DNA of 64,000 bases from Tubiluchus corallicola (taxonomy: Eukaryota; Animalia; Priapulida), in NCBI GenBank assembly GCA_030141605.1, contig JAQGDQ010000009.1:868001-932000 (forward strand), in the 5' to 3' direction. Both the position numbers and the translations under genes were made by a program. A model generated the notes under the pieces. That model saw only the letters and a program-made list of their open reading frames with translations. It searched no databases and was not told the DNA's origin. Below are positions 13,375 to 26,600 of the stretch, piece after piece. The first letter of the stretch is position 1; every line of letters starts with the position of its first letter.

Positions 13375-16300
13375 TTTTGCTTGGCCAACAGGCTGTGGGT
13401 GTTCAGTTCTTATAATAACAAAAATTCACAATGGTACAACAAAAAATATGAAGCGAATGTTTGAATTTTCTGAATTGTTTCACAAAGATGTATTCATATC
13501 ACAACAATAGAAACATGGTCAAGTGCAATAAAACTAATCATAACATAACGTGGTGTTAGGTAAAATTAGCAAATTAGCATGCTTTGTTAGTAGACAGCAT
13601 AGAAAAGTTGCTCATGATTGGATGTAATTCATTCGCCCAACGAAACATACACATGATCTGTCTCTGACGCTGGCGGAACTATGTCAGACATCAGCGTAAG
13701 AAGTCTCCAAACGTCCACATGATCAACATTCATCTCTATAATAAAAAGAAATCGTATAAATCCATCACTACATTATTAATGTAACAGCAACAAAAGTGCC
13801 TTTCTTGAAAGCAAAATATTGCATACACGTTCACACAAATACACTGAGAAGGCTTAATTGGACCTCAGCTCACTGGAATTGTGTAGGAGATAGCTGTTGC
13901 AATCAATGCCCATTGTATATGTGCTAATCAGGCTTCAAAATATTGATATAGTCATTGCAGCCAGTTCCAGTTTATGGAGAGATACGATTTTTCCAGAAAA
14001 AACAGCAACTTATAGAATATTCTTGAAAATTCTACGAAAGGACTCAAAACTACTCAAAAGTCTCAAAAATACAGTCACAAAAGTTTTAACTTATTTATAC
14101 TTTTTTCTAAATACATATCCTAGCACCTGTGCCAGGTGCCAAATAACCAGCTAAGAGTGAACTGTGAAAAAATATGTTATAGTGTCGGGAGACATGCGAA
14201 TTAAATCCATACAGTTTAAATCAATGATTTATTGTCGCTTATAAATTGGTCATTACCAATTATGATTGGGCGATTAACTCAAAAAAGTTACTTTGCTGCA
14301 TTAAAAGAATGGACTATCAGTCCATATGACTATGACTTACTATGAAATTGAACAAGCCAGTGCACAGTCAAAAATCACAACAGCTCATTTTTCTAGAAAC
14401 ATGGTAGGATTCAGTCATATTTAGTATGTAGGTTTACAATAATTCAAATTATTGTATTAGTTGGCGCAAAGTGACAGCTGAGTATAGTTAATCTTCTAAA
14501 TTACAAAAATAAAACTCTTCTAGAAACAAGGACAGCTATACATACTGTTATGAACAATTAAGGATAACTGGCACTTCCACCCTAGATTTTTGTTAGTTTT
14601 TTCTATGCAAATTTTTACCAGGGCCATTGGCGCTCAAAGTTTGAAAAACCAGAATGATGAACGCTGTCTTGCACACTAGCCCACATACCACTACCGTGCT
14701 AGCATCAATCATCATTTATCTGGATAAACAAGTGAGGTACATGGGCTGCTCAAATACTCCACTGAATGTCATTAAACATGAAATTTATATTCAAAGAAAA
14801 TTTTAGATCACCCTTTTTATTTTTTGCTCATTATAACAACAGTAATAATGAATTATAATCTTGTATAATAAATTATAAAGAAATAGAGTAGCTTGACCTA
14901 TTTTGCTCTATTTATAATCTTGCCAACAAAAAGAAAACTGAGACCACAACAACTAACAGTGATTTAAAAACAAGTGTGACAAAAATAGGCTGCAAATTAC
15001 TGGTATTCGAATGCACTTATATGAATAAAAAGCTGCAGGAAAGTCATCCAGGAATCATAACAGTTGTGCCTCTTATGCACAATTCGTGCATAAGCCACCG
15101 AGAGGTAAACATCTTACCAGCCCATAAATCTCAATTTATGAGCAGGTTTTAACACTTAGAAAAGGCAAAGATGCTACAAATAACCCATAAGGTATAGTTT
15201 ATAACAGATACCGTGGAATATAATTAGGAGGTAAAAGTTTAGCAATGTTCGCCAAGGAGCAGCACATTACGTTACAAGGCACTAATTAAGAGGTAATGGA
15301 TCGCCCGGCCGAATAGCAAAGTGCAGAGAAAAATGTTTGATAGAGGTAAACTTCTCACCTGCTCAGATCCTTCACAGCAGCCAAAATTTGAAAAGGATGC
15401 TAAGCAAAATGTTATCAGTTATCATTGCCTACCTCTCGCCAAAACAGCGAGCCTCTTTAAGGTTAAAAAATATCAGCACTAGAAACCAACTGCTGTTCAT
15501 CCAAACTTCATAATTAAGTATTAAACAAAACAGAAAATTGATGTGCCATGCATGCTATTTGGACCAATCCAACTTGTGTGCGTGGTAAATGGACTGGACC
15601 AAGTACCACACTCCACAGCTATTGGCTAGTTGGCTAAATAGCTCCTAACGCAGGATTCTTACTATTGAATTGGTATTCTCTCAATGATTCGTAGGCTCCT
15701 ATCCATACTCCTGACTCATATTCTTTTTTAAATTTCAATCAGAGTTAGTATCAGACTTGTACAAATATATGCTTTTTCAAACAGAATTTGTAGTAATTGG
15801 AATGACATCATTTATGATGTTAACAATTCATCCAATCTATTGGTTTTTAGTAAGAAGCTAGCCCAAAAATTGCTTTTAAAAATTGCAAAATTAATAAGAC
15901 TTCTATAAAACATTTTACTTCAGTTCAATGAACTCTCCCAATTTTGATCAATCTGCATCTGTATATATTTCATTGATCTTTATTTTATTTTCAATGTAAT
16001 TAACGTGAATTTTATCTAATGTAAACTTATGTATAAAATTTAATTGTATTTGCCACTTCGCAATATAGGTTGATGTAAGAGCTAACACAACCAGCCAGCC
16101 TCATATTTTATAAAATTTTGAATATTTTATAAATTCTCTTGATAATAATAATAATAAAATTAATATATAATAATAATGGACAAGGGTCAAATGATATTCA
16201 TTATGACATGTCATTAGGCCAACAATGACTTACTCTTAACAAAAGTCACTGATGGTAACAGTAAAAACAATGGAACAGAAACCGAAAGTAGCTATTTCTT

Positions 16301-16459
16301 ACGCCCTGTGACCCTCTCTGGCTAATTTTATTTTACAATTTAGTACAAATCTAATGTCATGAACGCATCAAAAATAATCTTGTGGCCTAGTAAAATTCAT
16401 CCAAAGCACAATTCGTAATAGCAATCATTGTAACACTAAAAAGCCCAGTTACCAATAAT

Positions 16460-16830
16460 TCACTTACTTTTGTACAAATAATTAAGTTGTTAACCAAAAA
16501 AGCGTTTCATAACCAAGAAAAAACATTCTACAAACTTGAATTAAGTGAATTCTGAACCTCTGTTTACCTGCTGCCGTGCCAACCGTGTGTACACATGTGA
16601 AAAACGTCATCGCACATTTTGTGATGTCACGCAATCATTAGATTAGCGATCGTCTATCGATTGATTACTTGTAGAGCTTGGAGGTTGGTGTGGTCACTGT
16701 ATATTCGTGATTGTTTCTTTTGTTTTTGTTTTGTTAAAACTTTTAGATAATTAAACTCGCTTGCAATACTGTCACGTAGTAATAGTTATTGCTGACGTGT
16801 TTATAAGTTTCATTTTCACCACCAAGCAAA
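16460..16830. promoter_or_regulatory. Putative bidirectional promoter / 5' UTR region shared by LCA5 (-) and SH3BGR (+)
   Basis: Locally CpG-enriched, immediately upstream of the SH3BGR ATG. Minus-strand donor candidates CAG|GTAAAC (exon end 16568) and AAA|GTAAGT (16468) could close an LCA5 non-coding first exon. CRE/ATF-like motifs (ACGTCA, TGATGTCA, TGACGTG) and TATCGAT are present. Confidence 0.45.
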
Positions 16831-19800
16831 ATGCTTAAAGTATTTACATCGGGATCATCTGGCAACAAAGATGTGAGTATCTATAAATAGTATATTCACA
16901 GTCGTATGAAATAAAAGTTCTGTAAATTTCAATAATCATTCATGATCACTGTCATAATGGTCTGACTTTTAGCAACAAAACCAGAAATATCTGGCCCTTA
17001 GTCTAGTTTGTTAACATTTACGATTTAGGCCTACTAATTAGTATAATTATGAGGTCTATAATTTATGAAGAGTGAGACATACTGGGTCGCAAGGACACTT
17101 TGTGTTGTCCGTGCAGTAGTTTCTGTCTCGACATTATCCCTGCTTAATGCCTCAGTATGTGAATTTTGTCTTGATGGTAGTTTCTGTGCATAGTAGCATG
17201 ATAGCAAAACGTCTCTAAAGCAACATGTTATTGCTAAACATAGACCTGCTTGGTGCAAGAATATTCAAAATCAGAGCAGCAATGCATGCACAGCAAAAGC
17301 GGGTAACATAGCAAAATCTGCAGACACAAAAGCTGAGCTGTGTAGCATACACTGTCATACAGTTGAAGATTGAATTTGCAACAAAATTTCTGTGCCTGAT
17401 CAAGCTTCAATATAACAGTACCCTCAAAAGTTCTGAAATTATACCTGTAAAACAGTACAGAACTGTAGATGATTAAAACCATTTGAAGAAAATGAAAAAA
17501 AACAAGCAAAGAGACAATACTGTAGGCACCGCTTTATAGACTCACTTTGAGACCGAACTGTTTTGACCCAATTAACCGACTGAACCTATTAACCTATGGG
17601 TGTAGTATTACAGGTATAGAAGTATGAGTCATCAGCTTACTATGCATTGCAAAGGTTTTTAATGAATTTTAGAAACGAAGTAATGCCCAAATTCCTTTGT
17701 GCAGCTAAAAATTAGAAATAATATTTTAAAATGTTGATTTATTTGAGTGAATAGCAATAAATTAAAAAGTATACTTTTCTAAATCACAGACTTTTCTAAG
17801 TCTGTTTATTTGCAAAAATTACAAAAATTCTTTCGTCGGCTGCTTCATTTTATCGAGAAATTGGCCCACGAAGTTCTCGTAATTATAAAAACATTGAAAA
17901 TTTATTGCTGCGCATGACTAAAACAGTTTTGAATCGTCTGCTCACTTATATTGATCTTATTTGCTGTACGATGTTTACTCTTGTAAGTCGCAAGGAATAC
18001 CGGCTGATTACTGTATCTGCATCTTTGACTGTTAACTCATTAAGCCTAAAAGTGTGAAATGAGATCATCAAAAGGAAACTGCTAGGCAAGTGATTAAAAG
18101 CTTAGCTTCCAGAAATTCTTTGGGCAACAGTGGGCGAGCGGCTAACAAATTCAAAGCAAAATCACTATGCTAGGGTATTAGTGCATGATAAACGCACCTG
18201 CTTATAAACAAAACAATAATTCACATGATTGCTTCTGCATACATAGTGCACAAAAGGGAAGTAAAGATGACATAAAAGTAGGAAAGGTTCTTTGAGCACA
18301 TACATATTTTAGGTAGGTGAAGGGAAAATATTGAGTCAATTATGCTGAGTTATTTGAGTCAGTTACCGATAGCTTTTATGTATATTTGAATAGAAGCGGC
18401 CCATTCCAGGCATTTTTTAGTCTATTAACCGTGAGTCTGTTAAGTGGCGCCTACTGTATACATATTGTTTTTGCTTTTGTAATTTAGCATACATGTGTGC
18501 CAAAAAATACATATTCTCTTACAAAGTTAAATGTCACATATTATGCAAAATCTCATGTAGACAGTTTTCTTTAAAGTAAAGTAAAGTATATCTGCAGAAA
18601 ACAAGAGAAGTATAATTTCTGGCAAGTAGATGGTAAAAGTTTATTTTGCTACAAACTAGGACAACATTCTAGAAATAGGACTGTGGTGAGTAATGTGGGA
18701 ATTGGAAAGTTTACTGTTATAAAAATAAAGTACAAAGGTTTGTAATGGCTAAACCCAGCGTGATCAGAGTTCATTTAAAGCTATTCACCTCAACTTGTAA
18801 AGTTAACTGACAAGAGTGAGCTAGCATAACTAATTGATAAATGGCCAAAGTTTTATAAGTGCTACAACAAACATTTTACTCTTTTACACAATGAAATGTG
18901 AGATCGTCGTTACTATTTACGGCATGTTGAAGTCTAGTTTGTTTTTGCTGATTCAGGTTTTATTATTGCATCTGGTTCCTTGTCGAAAGATAATGATTGT
19001 AGAATTCTAACTTCTAAATTTTTTGAAACTGGCCAGGATTTATTTGGCATCATGCTAGTTAAAACCATGCAGAAGGTTTCAAATTTGTTTAAATTATAAG
19101 GGTGTTTGGAGCAGTTTTTGTACTTGAACAACAAGGTGTCATTTGCTGTTGCATAATTAAAACGAGAATGTTTAAAAGTGAGCTCTAGTGTAGAGCATAG
19201 GGAAGAGCAAACTTTCATCACTCAACCTTGAGTTCCAGAAGTATAGTGAGATAGCCTCAGAGTTTAGCACAGTGCAGCCCTTGTTTGAAATACACATATT
19301 CCCGGATTACGGTGATTTACTTTGAAGACATTTTTCGGCAGCAGATTTGGGAATTTTAAGTTAACTAGAAATTGAACCTAAGTTTTCTGTCTTTTTTAAT
19401 TGTAGTGCTGCTTACAAATTAAGTTCTTTCTGCTGTTAAAATATAAGCGCCATTGGCCTGTTCTACTTCTAAAATTCATTAGGAATTTCCCATAACCATC
19501 TGTGTAGTTTTATAAATTTCAAAATCGTTAATCGAAGCAATTATATTAAGTAATGTTTAAATTATTACACATAAGTAGTATATAGTAGATCACTATATAT
19601 TTTCATTGTTCTCTGATTTAACCCAATTTTAAGACTGCTGTAGTGATGAAACCCACTATTTAGAAGTTAAATTTTTGAACTTTAATTCTAGATACGGTAG
19701 ACATCTTACTGTCATTAAATTTTAAATAATTGTTATAGTAGTTATAAGTGGATAATAAATATGTTAACTTCCTACGTAATAACAATAATAATAATAATAA

Positions 19801-22800
19801 TTTGGTGTTAAATTGTACATAATAGCTACTGATGCCTAACATAATTTTTTGTGTAGCTGTGCATGTGATATTAGCATTTTGTGTTTTTTTAATTTGTTTT
19901 ATATATGTAAGCTGCGATGTATTCTGTAAACTTCTGTTTCACATTTCTATTATAATTACAAACATTGTTTAGTTTAGCCAGAAATTTTATTAACTTGTAA
20001 AGTATTCATGGCCTGGAAAGTAGTTTATTAATCTTTGTGATAGAATATTAATACAATATATGTCCACAGTAATGCATTTAGCATATCGTTATTTAGTAAA
20101 TCAATGCACTGGTGATTTGCTTTATGCTGTAAAAGTTCTTCCTGTTTACACAACTTGGTGTGCACTAAACCCAGCTGTTTTGATGACAGCTCTTTAAACA
20201 AACTTTGAGACAGTAAACATAACTCTGGCATGTACAGGTGAAGGGGTCATTGTATTTATGTGGATATAAAATGTAATTGAAGTTTCTCATGTTTTCTGTA
20301 AATTAAATTAACGTTTCTTTTATACTGTGCAGACTTTGCGTTTTATAGATAAATGAATAGCTATTTATTCTTTAACAGAACTTATGTACCATACTTTATA
20401 TGTTAAAGGCATGTAGGAGTGGATCACGTCTTTCTGTTTCAACTTTATTCTGGCACTTGACAGTCCAAGTGTTATTAGCATGAACTATGTCAATGACTTC
20501 CTTAGATGTAGTTATTACTAGGTGTCAAGTGCGTAATACACCTTGTTCAATTTTGGTAACCTGTTTGGCGCTGTCATAAAACCACGAAATTGAGATTTCC
20601 TAGTCTTAGTAAGACACTGAACGAAAAATAGCTGTTTGAACATCATTTTTCTCTCAGTAACAAAAATGCAATAAAATTATTTTACAGTGTACAGTGCCAT
20701 TTACGTTACGCATTTATGTAGAATTTTATCATTTTATTTACTGTTTCTTACGATACATTGTGGCATAAAAACAGAGACGTTGTTTTGTCATTGTTTTTTA
20801 AAAGTATTGAAAAAATTTTTCTGCAACTGTATATCATATGTAACAAAATTAGGGCACTCTACTTTTACATAATAAAATGTACTGTTATTGAGGCACTGGT
20901 CAATTCGTATAATAAATTGATAATGTTAGGAACAGATAACAAAAATGCACAGTGTAGGAGTATTAGTGACTCGAGTCACAAGAGATTGTATTGCTTTACT
21001 GAAAATGAAAACTTGTTACCTTAGCTCAAACAGCAATACACAACCATCTAATCTAAGCAACCATTTGAGACCTTTACTACAAATACAAAATGGCTAAGAT
21101 TGTTTCATGAATTACCATTTTAATCAATTACAGTCAAAACACTGGTGAAATGCTGGTTAAAATTGATGGGTTTAGCATCCATTGTCGGAAATTCTACTAA
21201 AACAAAGATTATAGAGGGAATCATAGGTGTTGTAATAAAAGGAATTGTGTTTTTATTTACTAATAAAGAGGTATTTTGCACCTCATACGAAGGACCGTTT
21301 TCTGTGTTTTGTTTAGGGTTATTCAGTAATTGCATTTTGAAGAGCATTGCATACTGCTAATGTTTACACTGATTAAGCAATCCACAGTGGTGTGCAAAAT
21401 GTCTGTTTATTAGCAAATTCTTTTTATTATAACGCCCATGATTCCATGTATAATCTTTATCTTAATATTATTTTCTCTATTTTGTTTTGTCAGTAAATGT
21501 CACATATTTAAAGTGATTTTGGGACATGTTTGTGTATAATTAATTTCTGCAGCAGGAGATTTTATTGCCTATTTTTAATCTCAACTTTATTTGTAGGTGA
21601 AGGCCAATCAGCAGCGAGCATTGCTTATTCTTGATAGTAAAAAGGTAGAATATGAAATAGTTGACATCACACAACCTGAGAACAAGGACCAGAGGAATTC
21701 CATGTTGAAATCAGCAAAAACTGTAGGAGAGAATAAAGCGCCACTATGCCCCCAGTTTTTCTTAGATAGTGAATACTTGGGTGTAAGTGAACTGTAGAAC
21801 TATTAATCGAAATGGCAGCAACTGGTGTTTATTTTCTTTGATTTGTTATGTCAAAGTGAAATAACATTTAACCACACCAGCTACCTAGAGTTATTGAACA
21901 AATTTCCAAAGTAACTTTATGAAATAATAATTCATTTTCAGACGTCAAAATTTATGATTCCTAATGAATATGGTCACATTAATTCTCCGTGGTTATTAGT
22001 ATTTTGAACGCGGTGTTAAATGGACTAAAAGCTCGTCGGTGCTAGATTGGAAAAGCGTGAATGATTGCTTTAGTGCAGTATTGTCCTGGTTTATTAATAA
22101 GTTAATTTGTCTTTGCCAGGACTTTGAAGATTTTGAAAATGCGACAGAAATAGAGCGGTTAGAAGTCTTCCTGCATCTGAAATCTGAAGCCGATTTTATA
22201 GCTGAAAAACAAGATGAAGAGAAAGAGGTAGCTAGTTGGTGCACCATATTTTAAAATTTGTGAGATTGCAGCTCATTTTCTTTTGAAATGCTTCTAGAAG
22301 AAGTTGTACGATTTCGGTGATTTGTGTCAAAATATGTATTTTTGCTTGATTTTCACTTTTTTATTTTTTTTAACATTCGATACATTTTTTATCCGTTTCT
22401 AGCTAATTTGTTTTCATTATGCTTGGTCGTACTACTTGAAAAAAATTAAAGTAATGACACATTTTACAGTTTCTCTAATCAGATTTTTGTTTCGTGTATC
22501 ACCTAATGCATTTTCAGCTGTATGATTGAAAAATTGACAGCTTTGTTACCTATGCATCACACTAATACATGTTCCGTAAAGTACTTTCTTGTTGTCTAGT
22601 AAACTTGTCATGCTAATATTTCTTTGCTTAATAAATGTGTTATTTATTTTAGGTAAAAGTGGGAGAAAAGAAAGAAGAGGTAATTTTTTTATGATAAAGT
22701 CAGTACATTGCTCAATTCTAGATCCTGTTTAGCCCATTTTACATGTTAACTAGTTAAATGCTGATTACTATTTCTCTGTAAGTCCATAACAGCCAACCAG

Positions 22801-23594
22801 GTTAAAGTTAAGCAGTACTGAACTTCCGTAATGAATGGATAAGGGACTGCTGAAACAAATGCTTCTAGGTGTTTTATTTTTATCTACCTTCGGCTATATG
22901 TCCTTCTGAGAACAAAGGTATATAAGCATGTGCACTTGACTAACTCACTGTTGCTGATCCAATACCTTATGCTACAGAATTATTTTTGGCGTTAGCTTGG
23001 TTCTGGCCCCATCATCTGCATTAAGTCTATCCGGTCATTCAGTGTCGGGTCTTATGTTGTAAAGTGTCAATCTATATTAATCTATATTAAAAATATGTTT
23101 GTCAACAGAATAGATCTAATATTAGTTACAATCTCTTGTCAGCAATTACATTTAAGTGAAAAGTCAAGTCTCTCTCATTGAGCACATTTTAATTCTTGAG
23201 AAAAATGTTAGAAGATTTCAGCAAAAAATTGTGATAAGTGCCTCGTGTAATTAGTAAAATCGATGTAAAGTCGCTATTACATCACGCGATCATTTTGAAC
23301 AAAAAATGGCATCATCTGGTTACCATGCAGTATAAATATTTATCTCACTAGATGCTTGAGCAAACTTGTTTTGCAGTTACAGTTACTATTACCGTATATA
23401 AGTGTGTACAAGTCAATGTGCATTTTAAGACCAAAAATTGCATCATCATATATTACCTGTGTACAATTCGACCATAAAATATTAAGATCTTCTAGAGTAA
23501 ATGATGTCAACAATGGCTGAACTAATAAATCAATAGTTTTGTGTAATGTGTAAGATACGTGCAAGTGCTTGGGCCGAGTATATTATACCTACCC

Positions 23595-23641
<47 letters not shown>

Positions 23642-26600
23642 ATATTCATGTTGAGGGCCCTCAATGCAATCCATGATAATGCAGCCTGGCCTTTCATCGC
23701 TTGTTTGTGTATCACAGTATGAGTGTTCATTCAGTCCAGCGTATAAAGAAGGATTATTTCTTTACATATTTGTATTGTAGACGACTCTTTAGCCACATCT
23801 CCCAAAAACATATCGTAAGTATAAGTCAACCCCAAAAATTTCGTCTTGAATTCACCTCCCAAAAATTCGACTTATACATAAGTATATATGGTATATACAA
23901 ACAATTCAAAATATTAAACGAGAAATTATTAATACCATTTTTTTGTTTTTGATGAAGTTGCTGCCGACTGCGTAATGAAAACCAGTTACTGATGATAATA
24001 GTAGTAAGCTTTTGCATTTTTAAGCAAAGCATAATGTTGTATGGCAATATCAATAAAGGCATACTAAAATGCAGTGAATATTGTTCTGGGTTGCTTTTAT
24101 CTTTCGACAGGTCTTTTATATACAGATTAAGCTGGACAAAAAAATTTATTTCTGTCTTACAGCATGAGTGCGAAACACATCAGTAAGGAATGAGGAAAAC
24201 TTTTTTTAAGCTTTAGAAAATTTTAAAGCTGAATTGTGGAATACTTAAAATCACTTGAAATCAAAGTTTGGTTATTTACCACTGGGTAATAGTAATGTTT
24301 CAATGTACATTTTTCACACTTCTTTTTTTGGTTTTTTGTTTCACACTGCTAAATTATCATATAATTGTCGACTATCATATAGCCTCTTTTTTGTACGTTA
24401 TGAACGTACGTTCTGATAATTATGATATAAGCGACAATACTACTCAGCCATTAATATCCTGATTTGGCAAAAAATAAGGTTGCTTCTTAACTTCCAATGC
24501 GATCATCTGCATCGTACAAAACACAATTCTGGCCGAAAGTGAGCCATAGAAAAACATGGCTGCATGCTCGCCGAAACAATGATGCTATAATAGTTATTGC
24601 ATTTTACATTTTAAATTAAAAAATACTCTTTAAGTGACTGCATCAGGTAAGTTTATAAAGGTAAAAAAAATTAAAATTCCCGGCTGGGTGTGTGATAAAA
24701 AAGTATTACCAAGGCAATTGGACAGAAACAAAAATAATTTTGTTGTCTGCCTTACATGACAGTGTTTATGGTTTACATACTGCATCTGCGAAACCAACTT
24801 TAGCATGATTGCCTTGTGAAATCATTACATTTTAATGCTTTGTGCTTCTTTTTCATTTCACGATAATAATATTTATTTTAAATTAATTTTATAGGAAGAA
24901 GAGGAGGATAAAGAAGTGAGTACAGTTGCATTTTTGTCACTGATACACAATAATTATTTTGAAATATTTTAACTATTTAACGAAACATTTTAAGTTGAAT
25001 TGACATTTAATTAAAGCGAGATTTCGTGTCATGGCACATGTATTCCTGTAGCTTTTCAAGTGTTGTTTGGCAGCCTTAGTTAAATGCCATTTTGATGTTA
25101 GTACATATTTGATTTTAGTGGATCCTCAGAAATTAATTGACTTTTAAGCAGTTGCTCTTGTTTTTTAACTTTCCGTGTGTCTGACTGAATTATAGAAGGA
25201 GGAAGGTGAAGAAGAAGAGGAAGACAAAGAGAAAGAAGAAGGCGAAGAAGAAGAAGGAGAAGAAGGCAAAGAGAAGAAAGAAGCCGAAGAAGAAGAGGAC
25301 GAAGGCAAAGAGAAAAAAGAAGGTGAAGAAGAAGAGGAAGAAGAAAGCAAAGAGGAGAAAGAAGCGGAAGAAGAAGAGGAAGAAAGCAAAGAGAAAAAGG
25401 AAGAGGGAGAAGAGAAAGAAAAAGAAGGTGGCAGCGATGAAGAGGAAGAAGAAAAAGGAAAAGAAGACAAAGTACAGCTACATGGTTAAAGTGCAATTAT
25501 TTGCATGCTTAATAGATGTCAGACATGTGATCTTGAAGGATGAAAATTTTCAAACCTTGCCTAGCTTATTAATATTTCTGAATGCTGTTGAATAAACCTG
25601 GCTAGACAATCTCTACTAATGCAAAAAGTTTGCATTGTTATAGTTGCCAAAACACCATCTGACGCATGCAAGTGAACCGAAGTATTTATGAATTCGTCAC
25701 TCGTCTTGAATGTTGTTTTTTATTTACTTTGTAATGTCTTTATTAGCTACCGGCTAACTCTAAGTGTGTCACCTAACTAACAGAATAGAGACCTGGATAG
25801 CCAGTTAGAAAAGCTTTTACACTAACATCTTCTTTTTTGATTTCAGGCTTGCAGTGTAATCATTAAAGCTGTTTTTCAATTTTCAAACTGTAAAAACTAA
25901 CAACTATTGTGTTTTGTATAGCTACACGAGGCATGTAATGCATGTTAATGCATTTTGTACGACAGGTAAAAATTTTAGGTGTTTGATTGTGCGCCGTGTG
26001 ATTGATGCATCAGAAAGATGAAACTTTCCCAATAACTTTCCTAATCAAGTAGCTATAGAGATGCTTGAAGCATGGAAGCCTTTGTCTTCGCAGACATGCT
26101 GTGAGTTAGACATTTAACTTACTTAAACTAGATTTTTAATTTTCATTTCCTATTTTATCTACTTTTAGTTCCCCAATTATTTGTAAATTATTATAGATAA
26201 TTTGTTTTAGATTCTTCCTAAATTTTTGCAGTTTGATCAAGAAAGTTAAAGCAGAATGCGAAAATTTTTTAAAAGCAATATGTGTTATAATCGTCTACTT
26301 AAATTATATCGATCAGTTTAAAAAAATTTATTTCCCAGTTATCTTTTTTTCTGTGAATTGACCTGTTCATCCCAGCTTTTCTATATCTACATTGCTTTGT
26401 ATCTAGGCTAAAAAAGAAGTAGAAGAAGAAGAGGAAGAAGAGAAGGAGGAAGGTAAAGAAGAAGATGAAGAAGAGGAAAAGAAGAGCACAAAAGGAGACG
26501 AAGAAGAAGAGAAAGAAGTGAGCTCTTTTAGACATTTCTGCAGCTTGTTCTTTTAATGTTACAAAATTTTACCATTCAAGTAACAAAAGCTTGATTTTGT

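Noticed and set aside
20966-20979. Perfect palindrome GTGACTCGAGTCAC
   Set aside because: Isolated; possibly a transposon subterminal relic, but no element boundaries were found.
25098-25595. Lys/Arg-rich ORF 25206-25595 (+) and poly-Ser / poly-Leu ORFs on the minus strand (also 26299-26535 and 29031-29305)
   Set aside because: These are shadow frames of the GAA-rich SH3BGR exons. Splice phases place the real frame at 25196 (Glu-rich), and purine-rich sequence lacks stops in other frames.
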